NCBI GenBank assembly: GCA_965243135.1
Contig: OZ251539.1
Location: forward strand, 448,001-512,000
Direction of reading: 5' to 3'
Length of the DNA stretch: 64,000 nucleotides
Origin: Alphaproteobacteria bacterium
GTDB taxonomy: Bacteria; Pseudomonadota; Alphaproteobacteria; MPNO01; UBA830
In this document: positions 52,132 through 61,322 of the stretch, in pieces
How positions within the stretch are numbered: the first letter of the stretch is position 1
Layout of the letters: every line of letters starts with the position of its first letter
Program-made: the position numbers and the translations under genes
Notes under the pieces: model-generated
The model's database searches: none
What the model was told of the DNA's origin: nothing
What the model saw: the letters and a program-made list of their open reading frames with translations, nothing else

Positions 52132-52577
52132 GAGTCCCCCGGCGGCAGCCAGTCGAGCTGCACCCGCCCGCGTTCGGCGTCGACGGTGAGCGCGGCGGCG
52201 CTTCCGGCCTGGAGGCCGAGGTCGCGGAAGGCGAGAATCAACGGCGCGCGGTCCGCCCGCAGCTCGGCGACCGGCGGGCGCGGGGGTCGCGGTCCCGCCG
52301 TCGCGAACGCGTAGCCCGCCCGCTCGGCGAGCTGCGCCGCCAGCGTCTCGAGCGGTCCGGTCCAGTCGACCGTGACCCGCCGGAGCAGCCGTTCCGGCAC
52401 GATGCGGGGAACCGGCGCGGGCTCCGCGCCGGCCGCGGACGCCAGCGCCGCGAGAGCGGCCTCGGCGCGCACCGCGGCTTCGGTCAGGCGGAGTTCGGCG
52501 GGGTCCGGCGGCGGCGCCTCCCGCGGCGCCAGGCAGGCGCCGGGAAGGAGCAGGAAGGGGAGGACGGCGGCCTTCAT
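52128..52577 (-). CDS. dotD: DotD/TraH lipoprotein
   Basis: Lipobox-like PGAC; VTVDWTGPLE..LA..AGY; RDLGLQAG. Confidence 0.85.
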   Translation of the reverse strand: MKAAVLPFLLLPGACLAPREAPPPDPAELRLTEAAVRAEAALAALASAAGAEPAPVPRIVPERLLRRVTVDWTGPLETLAAQLAERAGYAFATAGPRPPRPPVAELRADRAPLILAFRDLGLQAGSAAALTVDAERGRVQLDWLPPGDS

Positions 52578-53632
52578 CGGTCGTCGATCACCAGATGCCG
52601 GTTGGCGGGGTGCGCCGTCGCGGTCAGTCGCCGCGGCGCGTCGGCCAGCAGCGCGTCGACCGCGGCCAGGAAGCCGGGCCCGTCGAACGACGCGGAGGCG
52701 TCGATCGAATAGCGGCCGGCGGCGCGCCAGACGATCCGCCAGCCGGCCCGTTCCGCCCACGCCTCCAGCGCCGCCCGCAGCGGGCGGTCGGCGTCCACCG
52801 TCCAGGCCGCCGGGCTCGCGGGCCGGGGCGCGCGCCGGCCCGCGTCGCGGTAGCGGTGGAAGACGATCGCGCCGCCGGTCCAGGTCCAGTCGTAGCCGGA
52901 CAGCGCCGCCGCCCGCCGCAGCAGATCCGGCAGCGCGCCCTCGAAGGAAAGGGAGGCCGGCGGCGGGTCCGGCGGGACGGCGTCGCCGTCCGCGATTCGC
53001 GCCGGGCGCTCCTCGATCGCGACCGGAACGCCGGCGGCCTCGGAGACGCGGCGGGCCAGTTCGGGAAACGGGACCGGGTCGCGGACCGCCAGGGAGACCT
53101 CCCGGCCCGCGAGTTCCGCCGGGAGCGCCGGCGGCGGCGTCCGGATCTCCGTCGCCGCGATTTCCTGGGCCAGCGGCGCGCCGGACAGCGCCGCCGCGAA
53201 GACGAGGCCGGCGCCGGCCGCGAGGCCGGGGCCGAACGGGCAGTAGCCGGCGGCGACCGGGCGGCCGCGCCGCCGCTGCACGCAGGCGCGGTGGGCGAAG
53301 GCGAAGAGGCAGCCCGCCGCCGTCGCCCAGGCGAGGTCGAGGGGGCCGAGCAGCAGCCCGCAGGCGCCCAGCAGCAGGCCGTCGCCCGGCATGACCGGCC
53401 AGCGCCGGCCGCGCAGCTCGGCGGCGGCGATCGGAACCGCGGCGAAGCCGAGGCCGAGCAGCGCGCCGAGGGCGGCCGCGGCGAACGATCCGCCTTCGAG
53501 GAAGCGCCAGGCGGCGGCGATCGCCGCGAGGGCCGCGACGGCGCGCAGGTCGACGACGAAGCGGCGGGCGTCGACGACCGCGATCCGGACGAGGCATGCG
53601 GCGGCGGCGGCGAAGGCGAGGGAGTCGATCAT
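52574..53632 (-). CDS. A24 prepilin peptidase (PilU-like) fused to TcpQ/PilL-like periplasmic domains
   Basis: VVDARRF and MPGD aspartates, PFGPGL; then WTVDADRPLRAALEAWAERAGWRIVW. Confidence 0.7.
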   Translation of the reverse strand: MIDSLAFAAAAACLVRIAVVDARRFVVDLRAVAALAAIAAAWRFLEGGSFAAAALGALLGLGFAAVPIAAAELRGRRWPVMPGDGLLLGACGLLLGPLDLAWATAAGCLFAFAHRACVQRRRGRPVAAGYCPFGPGLAAGAGLVFAAALSGAPLAQEIAATEIRTPPPALPAELAGREVSLAVRDPVPFPELARRVSEAAGVPVAIEERPARIADGDAVPPDPPPASLSFEGALPDLLRRAAALSGYDWTWTGGAIVFHRYRDAGRRAPRPASPAAWTVDADRPLRAALEAWAERAGWRIVWRAAGRYSIDASASFDGPGFLAAVDALLADAPRRLTATAHPANRHLVIDDR

Positions 53633-53898
53633 GGCGTCCTTCCGAAGGTCGCCGGCAGGAACCGGCACCACGCGCCGGCCGCGCGGCAGAGTTCCTCCGG
53701 CAGCGCCTCGCGGCGGCGCTGCGGAAGGCCGCGGTTGCGGGCGAGCAGGGCCTCCTGGGCGGCGGCGACGGCGGTCAGCAGCGCGATCTCGCCCTGCAGC
53801 CGCTCCATCGCGGCCAGCGCCGCGCGTTGCGCCGGCGGCGGCGCCGCCGCCGCGCAGGGCGCCAGGACAAGGAGGAGGAGAAGGAGCGCCTTCAGCAC
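53629..53898 (-). CDS. Small exported hypothetical protein
   Basis: Signal peptide and a Cys pair; overlaps both neighbours. Confidence 0.55.
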   Translation of the reverse strand: MLKALLLLLLVLAPCAAAAPPPAQRAALAAMERLQGEIALLTAVAAAQEALLARNRGLPQRRREALPEELCRAAGAWCRFLPATFGRTP

Positions 53899-54986
53899 CC
53901 GCTGCAACTCCCCACGGCGAGGTTCGCGAAGACGCCGGACGACGCCGAAAGCGTCCCGGTCGCGAGGACGCTGCGGGCCCTGACCGTCGAGGCGACGTTG
54001 GCGGAGCCGGTCGCGCGCACGGAGCGGGCGGCGACGCGGTCGGCCGACAGGCGGGTCGCCCGGACAGATCCCGCCGCCAGGACGCCGGCGATCCGCGCCG
54101 AGGACGCCCGCGCGGCCCCGGCCGCGGTCAGCGAGCCGACCCTGGCGTCCCCCGAGACCGAGAGGCTCGCGGCGGCGACCGCGCCGTTCACCCGGGCGTC
54201 GCCGGCCGTCAGCCGGCCGGATATCGCGGCCGCGCCGCCGACGGCGAGGCCCGCGCCCACCGTCAGCCCGGCCGCCGCCGTCAGGTCGCCCTGGACCTCG
54301 AGTTCGCGGGCGATCGCCAGCGAATCCGCGGTCACCGCGCCGGCGTTCGCGACGTCGTTGCCGCCCATGTCGAGCGCGGTCTCCATGCGGTTGGCCGCCG
54401 GAAACCCCGCGATCGCCGTCCGGTAGAGCGCGTCGCCGTAGACCGTCGCATGGTCGTGGCGGCTGAACGCCGCGAGGGCGTTCGCCGCGGGAGCGCCCGC
54501 GAAGGCGGCCTGGAACGCCGACATGTCGAGGTCGATCAGCGGACCCCGCAACCGGGTCGGCGCCTCCGGCGGCACCAGCCCCAGCCGGACCCCGCCCGAG
54601 TCCGCGAACAGCGCCGCCGACGGGACGATCGAGTCGCCGGCCGCCGCCCGCTGCGCGACCGCGATCCGGACGGCGTCCGCGCCGTCCGCCAGCATCAGGA
54701 TCTCCGGCCGCCGTCCGAGCGCGTCGACGTCCCGCCATCCGGCCGGCAGGACGCCGACGGCGCGGAGGTCGGCGATCGCGATCCGCGACGGACCGCCCTG
54801 CGCGGCCGCGAGCAGCGCAGGGAATTCGGCGTCGACGTAGCCCGCGGTCGCGTCGGCGAGAACCGTAAGCTGGCGCCCGGCGAGGCGGACGCGCTCGTCG
54901 AGCGCGCGGGCGAACAGCCATTCGAAGCCGCCGACCGCGAGGGTCGCCGCCAGCGCGGTCGCGAGCAGGGCGCCGAACGGTCCCAT
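53892..54986 (-). CDS. PilV-like minor pilin/adhesin 2
   Basis: N-terminal hydrophobic helix; LYRTAIAGFPAANRMETALDMGGNDV (PilV constant-region motif); 6-aa beta repeats; ends CSGC. Confidence 0.75.
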   Translation of the reverse strand: MGPFGALLATALAATLAVGGFEWLFARALDERVRLAGRQLTVLADATAGYVDAEFPALLAAAQGGPSRIAIADLRAVGVLPAGWRDVDALGRRPEILMLADGADAVRIAVAQRAAAGDSIVPSAALFADSGGVRLGLVPPEAPTRLRGPLIDLDMSAFQAAFAGAPAANALAAFSRHDHATVYGDALYRTAIAGFPAANRMETALDMGGNDVANAGAVTADSLAIARELEVQGDLTAAAGLTVGAGLAVGGAAAISGRLTAGDARVNGAVAAASLSVSGDARVGSLTAAGAARASSARIAGVLAAGSVRATRLSADRVAARSVRATGSANVASTVRARSVLATGTLSASSGVFANLAVGSCSGC

Positions 54987-54987
54987 C

Positions 54988-56106
54988 CTACCGGCACCCC
55001 GTGCAGGAACGGGTCGTTACCGCGCCGGAAAACCTTGCGGCCGGTCCGCCGGCGGCGCCCGAGACGCGGAGGCCGCGGACCGTCAGCCGTCCGCCCGTCT
55101 CGAGGACGGCGGCGGAGATCAACCGGGCGGTCGCCGTTCCGGTCGCGTCGAAGCCCCGGCCGATCAGCAGGTCGGCGGCGCGCAGCAGGCCGGACGCGGC
55201 GAGGGAATCGGCCGCCAGCCGGCCGGACGCCCGGACGGCGCCGGCTCGCGCCGCGCCCGCGACGCGGAGGCTCCGGGCGGTCAGGCGGCGGGACGCCGCC
55301 AACGACGCGGCGGAAGCCTGGGCGGCGGTCATCGACGCCGCGGACAGGTCTCCCGCGACATCGGCGCCGCCCGCGACGGAAACCGCGGCGCCGGCCGACG
55401 CCGCGCCGGAAACGGCCGCGGAGGCGGCGGCGATCGCGCCCGCCCCGGTCACGGCGCGGCCCGCGGGGGCGCCGCCGAGGTCGAGCGCGGTCTCCATCCG
55501 GTTCAGCCACGGCCGCCCCGGCTGCGCCCGGCGGTGCAGTTGCCCTTCGCGGTAGCGCAGCCCGAAATCCGCCGTGACGTAGAGCGCCCCCGGCGCCGGC
55601 TGGCGGCCCATCGCCGCGGCGATCTCCGGAAGGCGACCGGACATCGGCGACGCCGATCCGACCTCCCCGACGCCGGCGAGGCCGGCCGCGAGCGCGCCAG
55701 CCCGCAACGCCGACGCCGAGGCGCCGGCCGCGGGCTCCAGCACCCCGAACGCGGTCTCGACCCCGGCCCCGTCGTCCACCGTCCCGAGGGTCATGGCGGC
55801 GCGGCGGAACCCGTCGGGCAGGCCGGGCGGAACCGCCGACCCGAGGCTCCGCAGCTCGGCCGGCGTCGCCGCCGCCGGCAGGGCGCGCCCGAGGCGCGCC
55901 GCCGCGCCGCCTTCCTGCGCCGCCCGGTGGACGGCCTGCAGCCAGAGCCCGAACAGCCGCCCGGCGGCGCGGTCCAGCGCCTCGCGGCGTTCGGCGTCCC
56001 GCGCCGCGTGCCAGGCGGCGAGCGACGCGCCGGCGAGGGCGGCGACCAGCATGACGCCCAACGGCGACGCGAGGCCGCGGCGGCGGCGGGCGAGGAGGCG
56101 AATCAT
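54988..56106 (-). CDS. PilV-like minor pilin/adhesin 1
   Basis: Basic leader RRRRG; LHRRAQPGRPWLNRMETALDLGG; beta repeats; ends CTGCR. Confidence 0.7.
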   Translation of the reverse strand: MIRLLARRRRGLASPLGVMLVAALAGASLAAWHAARDAERREALDRAAGRLFGLWLQAVHRAAQEGGAAARLGRALPAAATPAELRSLGSAVPPGLPDGFRRAAMTLGTVDDGAGVETAFGVLEPAAGASASALRAGALAAGLAGVGEVGSASPMSGRLPEIAAAMGRQPAPGALYVTADFGLRYREGQLHRRAQPGRPWLNRMETALDLGGAPAGRAVTGAGAIAAASAAVSGAASAGAAVSVAGGADVAGDLSAASMTAAQASAASLAASRRLTARSLRVAGAARAGAVRASGRLAADSLAASGLLRAADLLIGRGFDATGTATARLISAAVLETGGRLTVRGLRVSGAAGGPAARFSGAVTTRSCTGCR

Positions 56107-56708
56107 CCGAAGGTGAACCCGATGTCGTTGGCGCCGGCGCCGTCGTCGCAGTTGGTCGTGACGTTGGCGATCGACACCGGCGCCGTCAGCGTCTGGCCGT
56201 TGATCACCAGGCTCACGATCCCGGCGCGCGCCCGCGTCCGGTCGGCGTAGGCGTCGCCGAGCGCCGCGCACACCTCGTCGTCGACGTCCTCGAAGGTGAC
56301 CCGGAACTGGTTGGTCGCGCCGCCGGGGCCGCCGAGGATCGTCACCAGCCCGCCGAACGGGTGGCGGATCTCGGTGCGCGCCGCCGCGAAGCCGGGCGTG
56401 CCGGCGGTTCCGACGGCGCCGATCCGGATCCGCGCCGAGTCGGGGATGTGGCCCCGCCGGTCGAGCGTCGGGATCAGGTCGGCGCCGTTGCCGTAGCTCG
56501 GCGACCCCGACCAGACCGACTCGATGCCGGTGCGCAGCTGGTTCAGCAGCGCCAGCGCCTCGGTGCGGTTCGCCGTCTCGCGAGCCGAGTTGTACCAGGC
56601 GATCGTTCCCGCGATCGCCACCGCCGTCAGCCCGAGGCCGAGCAGCACCGCGAAAACGTTCATCCCCCGCCGCGCCCGGCGGCGCAGCCGTCCGGCCGCC
56701 CTCGTCAT
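56103..56708 (-). CDS. pilS: Type IVb major pilin, PilS-like
   Basis: Basic leader ending RRG, hydrophobic helix, HPFGGLVTI, Cys pair (EVC...TNC), terminal FTF. Confidence 0.85.
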   Translation of the reverse strand: MTRAAGRLRRRARRGMNVFAVLLGLGLTAVAIAGTIAWYNSARETANRTEALALLNQLRTGIESVWSGSPSYGNGADLIPTLDRRGHIPDSARIRIGAVGTAGTPGFAAARTEIRHPFGGLVTILGGPGGATNQFRVTFEDVDDEVCAALGDAYADRTRARAGIVSLVINGQTLTAPVSIANVTTNCDDGAGANDIGFTFG

Positions 56709-56721
56709 GTCGATCCCTCCT

Positions 56722-57753
56722 TCATCCCAGGGCCGCGCCGGCGGCGTCGAGAACGCGGAACATCGAATCCATGGCGACGCCGGTGACCAGGGCGGCCGCC
56801 GTCGTCATCGCCGCGTTCAGCCCGGCCGCCCGCGCCTGCATCGTCCGTTCCGACCGCGCCGCCCAGCGGTCGACGAAGCCCGCCAGCTTCGCCGGCCAGC
56901 CCGGCTGGCCGTCGAGCGCCGCCACCACGTGCACCAGCGCCGGGTCGGGAAACCGGTGGCCGGCGTCGACCATCGCCTGCCCCAGCCCCTTGCCGGCCCG
57001 CATCCCGCGCTGGATCGCGCCGATCCGGTGCCGGGCGTAGGGCGCGGCGCTGCGGCGCAGCGCCTCGAACGCGCGGTCGTTCACGTCGACCCCCGCGCGC
57101 AGGAATTCCAGCACCGCGAACAGGAACGCCGAGCCCGTCAGCATGCGGTACAGGTTGAACGGCGGCAGCCGGTCGAGCGCCGTCCGCCCGGGGCCGGTCC
57201 AGGCGAGCGTCGCCGCCGCCAGCAGGCCGCCGAGAAGGAGCAGCGCCGCGAGAAAGGTCGCCGGGTTGCCGTGCAGCCACAGCGCGGCGCCGCGGAACGC
57301 CCGCGCGTGGGAGGGCCAGAGCGCGGGCGGCGCGATCGTCTCCATCACCGGGACGAAATGCCCGCCGGCCGCCCACAGCAGGACGACGACGCCGGCCGCG
57401 AGAAGGCACGGCATCGCCAGCGCCTTCGCGACCGCGGCCGTCTGGCGCTCGCGCAGTTCCGCCACCCGCGCGGCGGCGGCGAACAGCGCCGCCGCGTCCA
57501 CCCGCCCGTAGCCGTGGAAGAGCATCGCTTCGGACGCCGGCAGCCAGCGCGGGACCGTCTCCGCGAACCGTCCGTTCCGGAGCGCCCGCAGCCAGCGCTC
57601 CAGCGCCCATGCCCGCAGCCGCTGCCCCTGGTCGCGCGCCGACCGCGACGTCGTTTCCAGCGCCCCCTCCAGCTCCCGGCCCGCCTCGAGAAGCCCGGCG
57701 ATCGTGTGGTAGATCTCGATGCGGGCCGCCCGCGGCAGCGCGAACGCTTTCAC
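56722..57753 (-). CDS. pilR: PilR/GspF-family platform protein
   Basis: WLPASE, TM, WTGPGRTALDRLPPFNLYR, GHRFPD. Confidence 0.85.
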   Translation of the reverse strand: MKAFALPRAARIEIYHTIAGLLEAGRELEGALETTSRSARDQGQRLRAWALERWLRALRNGRFAETVPRWLPASEAMLFHGYGRVDAAALFAAAARVAELRERQTAAVAKALAMPCLLAAGVVVLLWAAGGHFVPVMETIAPPALWPSHARAFRGAALWLHGNPATFLAALLLLGGLLAAATLAWTGPGRTALDRLPPFNLYRMLTGSAFLFAVLEFLRAGVDVNDRAFEALRRSAAPYARHRIGAIQRGMRAGKGLGQAMVDAGHRFPDPALVHVVAALDGQPGWPAKLAGFVDRWAARSERTMQARAAGLNAAMTTAAALVTGVAMDSMFRVLDAAGAALG

Positions 57754-59309
57754 GCCGCCCGCTCCCCGACCGCGCGGAGGCCCGCCTGGCCGGGACGCGC
57801 CCCCTTCAGCAGCGCGTCGCGCGGGTCGGCGCGGCCCTGCGCCACCCGCTCCCAGATCTTCAGCCCGATCGGGACCCCGCCCATCTCTTCCGTCCAGTAG
57901 CGCCGCGCCGCCCCCGGCTCGACCCGGCGCACCAGGTCGAGGTAGGCGTCGTCGGGACGGATCGATTCCGCCAGCGCCGTCTGCCCGGCGTAGCCGTTCC
58001 ACGCCTTCGCGGCGATCGTCCCTTCGGCGTCGCGGCGGCAGCGCTCGCAGCCCTCCGGGTCGCGGAACCGCGCCGCGGGCCACGCCCGCAGCCGCGCCGC
58101 CAGCCACGGCGGCGGCGGCTCCGCCGGCTCCCGGCGGGCGCAGGACGGGCACAGCTCCGGAAGGAGCGTCTGCTTCATCAGCAGCGCGACGTTGCCCGGC
58201 TTGCAGGCCTCGGCCGCCGACACGCCGAGGTCGAGCAGCCGGAACAGGATCGCGTTCGCGTTGTCGACGTGGATGGTGGTCCAGATCTGGTGGCCGGTGT
58301 CGACGAACTGCAGGACCTGGCGCGCGCCCTCGGCGTCGCGGATCTCCGACACCATGCCCGACGCCGGGTGCACCCGGCAGAAATGCGACAGCGCCTCCTT
58401 GTAGTGCCGCGACCGCTCCTCCCCCGAACCCGAGGTCGGCACCGCGATCTGCACCGCGCCCGGAATCGGATACTCCACCGGGTCCTCCAGCGTCACCATG
58501 TTCAGCGCGCCGCCCGACTCCGCCATCTGCAGGGCGAGGTTGGCGGCGAGCGTCGTCGACTTGCCGTCGCCGGTCGAGCCGCCGATGAACACGCCGCCGT
58601 GCAGCGCCGTCCGGATTTCCGCGAACGCCTCCGCCTCCGCCGCCGAGAACCCCAGCTTCTCCAGCGTCGCGTCCGCCGCCAGCGAATCGCGGTAGAAGAT
58701 GCGCGCGAACAGGTGGTCGCCGTCCGGCTCGTGCGGCCCGCGCTGGCAGCGCAGCGCCGAGACCGCGTCCGGCAGCGGCACCGCGCCGCCGCCGCGGATC
58801 GAGAACCCCTGGAACGACTGCCGCTGGTAGGAGGTCTGCCCCGACCCCTCGTCCTTCGCGTGGAACAGGTAGCCCATCGCCCGTCCGCCGGTTCCGGGAT
58901 CGAGCGGCTCCGCCAGCGGCAGCTTGCGGTCGTTGACGATCGCGAACGTCCGGCAGGCGCCGGCGCCGAGCTCGAAGACCACGTCGGAGGCCCGCGCCCG
59001 CGCGGCGGCGGCGAACAGCGTCCGCACGCGGGCGAGGATGTCCGGATCGGCGCCGTCGACGGCCGCCAGCCCGCCCCACGCGGCCGCGATCTCCTCCGGC
59101 GAGGCGGTTTCCTCCGCCAGTTCGCCGGTCAGCGCGCCTGACCGCCGCAGCTTCAGCAGCGCCGCCCGCAGCGGCGGGTCGAACTCGTGGCCCGGCGCGA
59201 TCTTGCACCGCCCGTCGGTCCACAGCGCGCAATGCGGACGCAGCGACGGGTCGAGCGCCGTCGCCAGCCGCGGCGGACCGGACGCAGGCTTCCTGCGGCG
59301 GAAGTTCAC
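57750..59309 (-). CDS. pilQ: PilQ/GspE-family assembly ATPase
   Basis: ASDV, GGSTGDGKSTTL, TLEDPVEY, SEIRD, TGHQIWTTIH, CPSC...CERC. Confidence 0.9.
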   Translation of the reverse strand: MNFRRRKPASGPPRLATALDPSLRPHCALWTDGRCKIAPGHEFDPPLRAALLKLRRSGALTGELAEETASPEEIAAAWGGLAAVDGADPDILARVRTLFAAAARARASDVVFELGAGACRTFAIVNDRKLPLAEPLDPGTGGRAMGYLFHAKDEGSGQTSYQRQSFQGFSIRGGGAVPLPDAVSALRCQRGPHEPDGDHLFARIFYRDSLAADATLEKLGFSAAEAEAFAEIRTALHGGVFIGGSTGDGKSTTLAANLALQMAESGGALNMVTLEDPVEYPIPGAVQIAVPTSGSGEERSRHYKEALSHFCRVHPASGMVSEIRDAEGARQVLQFVDTGHQIWTTIHVDNANAILFRLLDLGVSAAEACKPGNVALLMKQTLLPELCPSCARREPAEPPPPWLAARLRAWPAARFRDPEGCERCRRDAEGTIAAKAWNGYAGQTALAESIRPDDAYLDLVRRVEPGAARRYWTEEMGGVPIGLKIWERVAQGRADPRDALLKGARPGQAGLRAVGERAA

Positions 59310-59908
59310 GGCGCGCGCCCCGGCGGCGGGCGGTGCGGCAGCGCGGCGCCCTCCGCCAGGACCGCCCCGGACGGACGGATCGCGCCGATCCGCGTTCCGT
59401 CCGGCAGCCGGTCGCCGGGACGCACGAACAGCGTCCGGCGGCCGTCGGTCACGCCCGCCCGCAGGCGGTCGCCCGCCCCCAGGACGGTGAACCAGCCCCA
59501 GGACGGGCGCGGCGGGGGCGTCCGGCGGGGTTCCGCGACGGACGCCGGCGGAACGGCGGGCCGGGGAAGCAGGGCGCGGACCTCGCCCTCCAGCGCCAGA
59601 ACCCGCTTCACCGCCTCCTCGCGCCGCGCGCAAAGCGCCAGCGCCTCGCGCTCGATCGCCAGCGCCGCGATCGTCCCGGTTCCGTCCGACGCCTCGGCCA
59701 GCATCTCCCGCAGAAGCGCCTTCGGACAGCCGGACGGCGAGGACGCCGCCCGGGACGCGGGCGGTTCGGCGGGCGGAATCGCGTCCGCCGTGCCGGACGA
59801 GGCGGGCGTCTCCGCCGGCTCCGCTCCGCCTTTCGCGGAAAGCGGCGGTTCCGCGGCCGCCTGCGCCGCGAAGGCGACGAGCGCGGCGGAAAGAAGAAGG
59901 CGCGTCAC
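59306..59908 (-). CDS. PilP-like pilus assembly protein
   Basis: Signal peptide, coiled coil, C-terminal VRPGDRLPDGTRIGAI; position before pilQ. Confidence 0.65.
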   Translation of the reverse strand: MTRLLLSAALVAFAAQAAAEPPLSAKGGAEPAETPASSGTADAIPPAEPPASRAASSPSGCPKALLREMLAEASDGTGTIAALAIEREALALCARREEAVKRVLALEGEVRALLPRPAVPPASVAEPRRTPPPRPSWGWFTVLGAGDRLRAGVTDGRRTLFVRPGDRLPDGTRIGAIRPSGAVLAEGAALPHRPPPGRAP

Positions 59909-60005
59909 GGCGAACCCGCCGCCGCCTGCCGGCGGGCGAGGCGGCGACGCCGCCGGGAGAGAAGCGGCCCTGCGAATCCCGCGTTCATGTTCCTGCCTTC
60001 CCCGC

Positions 60006-61322
60006 CTATACGTCCTCGCCGCCATGGCCGGCGTCGTCCCCGGAATCGCCGGAGTCGTCGCCGTCGTCGCCGCCGAAGCCGTCCTGCTCGCCGGTGTCGT
60101 AGTCGTAGCCGGCGTCGACGCCGCCCGGCCCGCCCATGGCGCCGCTCTCGTCGTCCTCGGGCGGCGGCGCGCTGCCCATGGCGCCGCTCTCGTCGTCGTC
60201 CTCGGGCGGCGGCGGGCTGCAGTCGGCTGTCCGAACGGTCGCCCATGCCGTCGGCGGAATCGCCTGCACCGAACGCCCGCCGAACGAGAACGAGATCGTC
60301 CGCGTCCCCGGACCCGTCCGGACCTCCAGTCCCGCCGTGCCGCTCCAGCCCGCCGGGCACGGAATCGCCCGCGTCTCCCGGGATCCCGCGGCCTCCGTCA
60401 CCGTCGCCTTCGGATCGACCGCCGCGGTCGCCGTCCAGCAATTGTCCTCCACGACCCGCCACGCGCCCCACGACGTCCCCGCCGCCGTCACCGTTCCGCG
60501 CCGCCGCCGGATGCGTTGCGGCAGGTCGGCCGCCGCCGCGCTGCCCTGCCAGCCGGCCGGGACCGGACAGGGCTGCGTCCCGGTCTCCTCGACCGCGTAG
60601 TCGGCCCGGCAGTTGTCCGCGATCGTCCGCCACGCGCCGAACGAGGGAGCGCCGATCGCCTCGCCGCGGCCGTTCACCGTCTGCCGGACCTCCCGCATCC
60701 GCCGGCGGCCAACCGTCTCCCCCGGCGCTCCCGCGTGCGACGCATGGAACCCTGCCGGACACGCCTGGACGCGGGTCTCGAACCGCACCCGCCGGCCCCT
60801 GTGCGCCGGCGCCCACGGGTCCTCCACCCGCCCGGCCCGCGCCGCCCGGCCTGTCGGCAGCGCGCCGCCGAACCGCGTTCCGGACAGGCAGGCCGGAAGG
60901 GCCGCGTCGTCGCGCCCGACGCCGCCGCGGGCGACGGATCCGTCGAGCCAGTGCAGCGCCGGCGCGCGTTGCGTCCGCGGCGCGTGCGTCCACGGCGCCG
61001 CCCGGACGGCGCGCTGGTCGAGGCCGACCCCCTTGAGCCGCGCCGGCGCGAAGTAGACCAGCAGCGCGTCGCCGCAGTACCGCGCCCGCAGGCCCCGCTC
61101 CGTCCATACGTCCAGCCAGCCGACGGACGCCGGCGGAATCGAACCGGTCCACGAGGTCGCCGCCGCCGAGCGCCGCAGGACGTGGTCCTCGAGCCGCCGG
61201 TACGCCGCCTCCAGCGCCTGCGCGTGCGCCAGCGCCTCCTCGCGGAAGATCCGCAGGGTCTCCGCGGACGCGGCGCCGGCGGCGAGAAGCGCGGCGAGAA
61301 CGAGAAGAAGCGCGCGGCTCAC
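60006..61322 (-). CDS. Exported Cys-rich protein with acidic repeat tail
   Basis: Signal peptide; repeated CP(A)GW/F...G...R...W...C modules; tail PPPEDD(D)ESGAMG x2. Confidence 0.7.
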   Translation of the reverse strand: MSRALLLVLAALLAAGAASAETLRIFREEALAHAQALEAAYRRLEDHVLRRSAAATSWTGSIPPASVGWLDVWTERGLRARYCGDALLVYFAPARLKGVGLDQRAVRAAPWTHAPRTQRAPALHWLDGSVARGGVGRDDAALPACLSGTRFGGALPTGRAARAGRVEDPWAPAHRGRRVRFETRVQACPAGFHASHAGAPGETVGRRRMREVRQTVNGRGEAIGAPSFGAWRTIADNCRADYAVEETGTQPCPVPAGWQGSAAAADLPQRIRRRRGTVTAAGTSWGAWRVVEDNCWTATAAVDPKATVTEAAGSRETRAIPCPAGWSGTAGLEVRTGPGTRTISFSFGGRSVQAIPPTAWATVRTADCSPPPPEDDDESGAMGSAPPPEDDESGAMGGPGGVDAGYDYDTGEQDGFGGDDGDDSGDSGDDAGHGGEDV

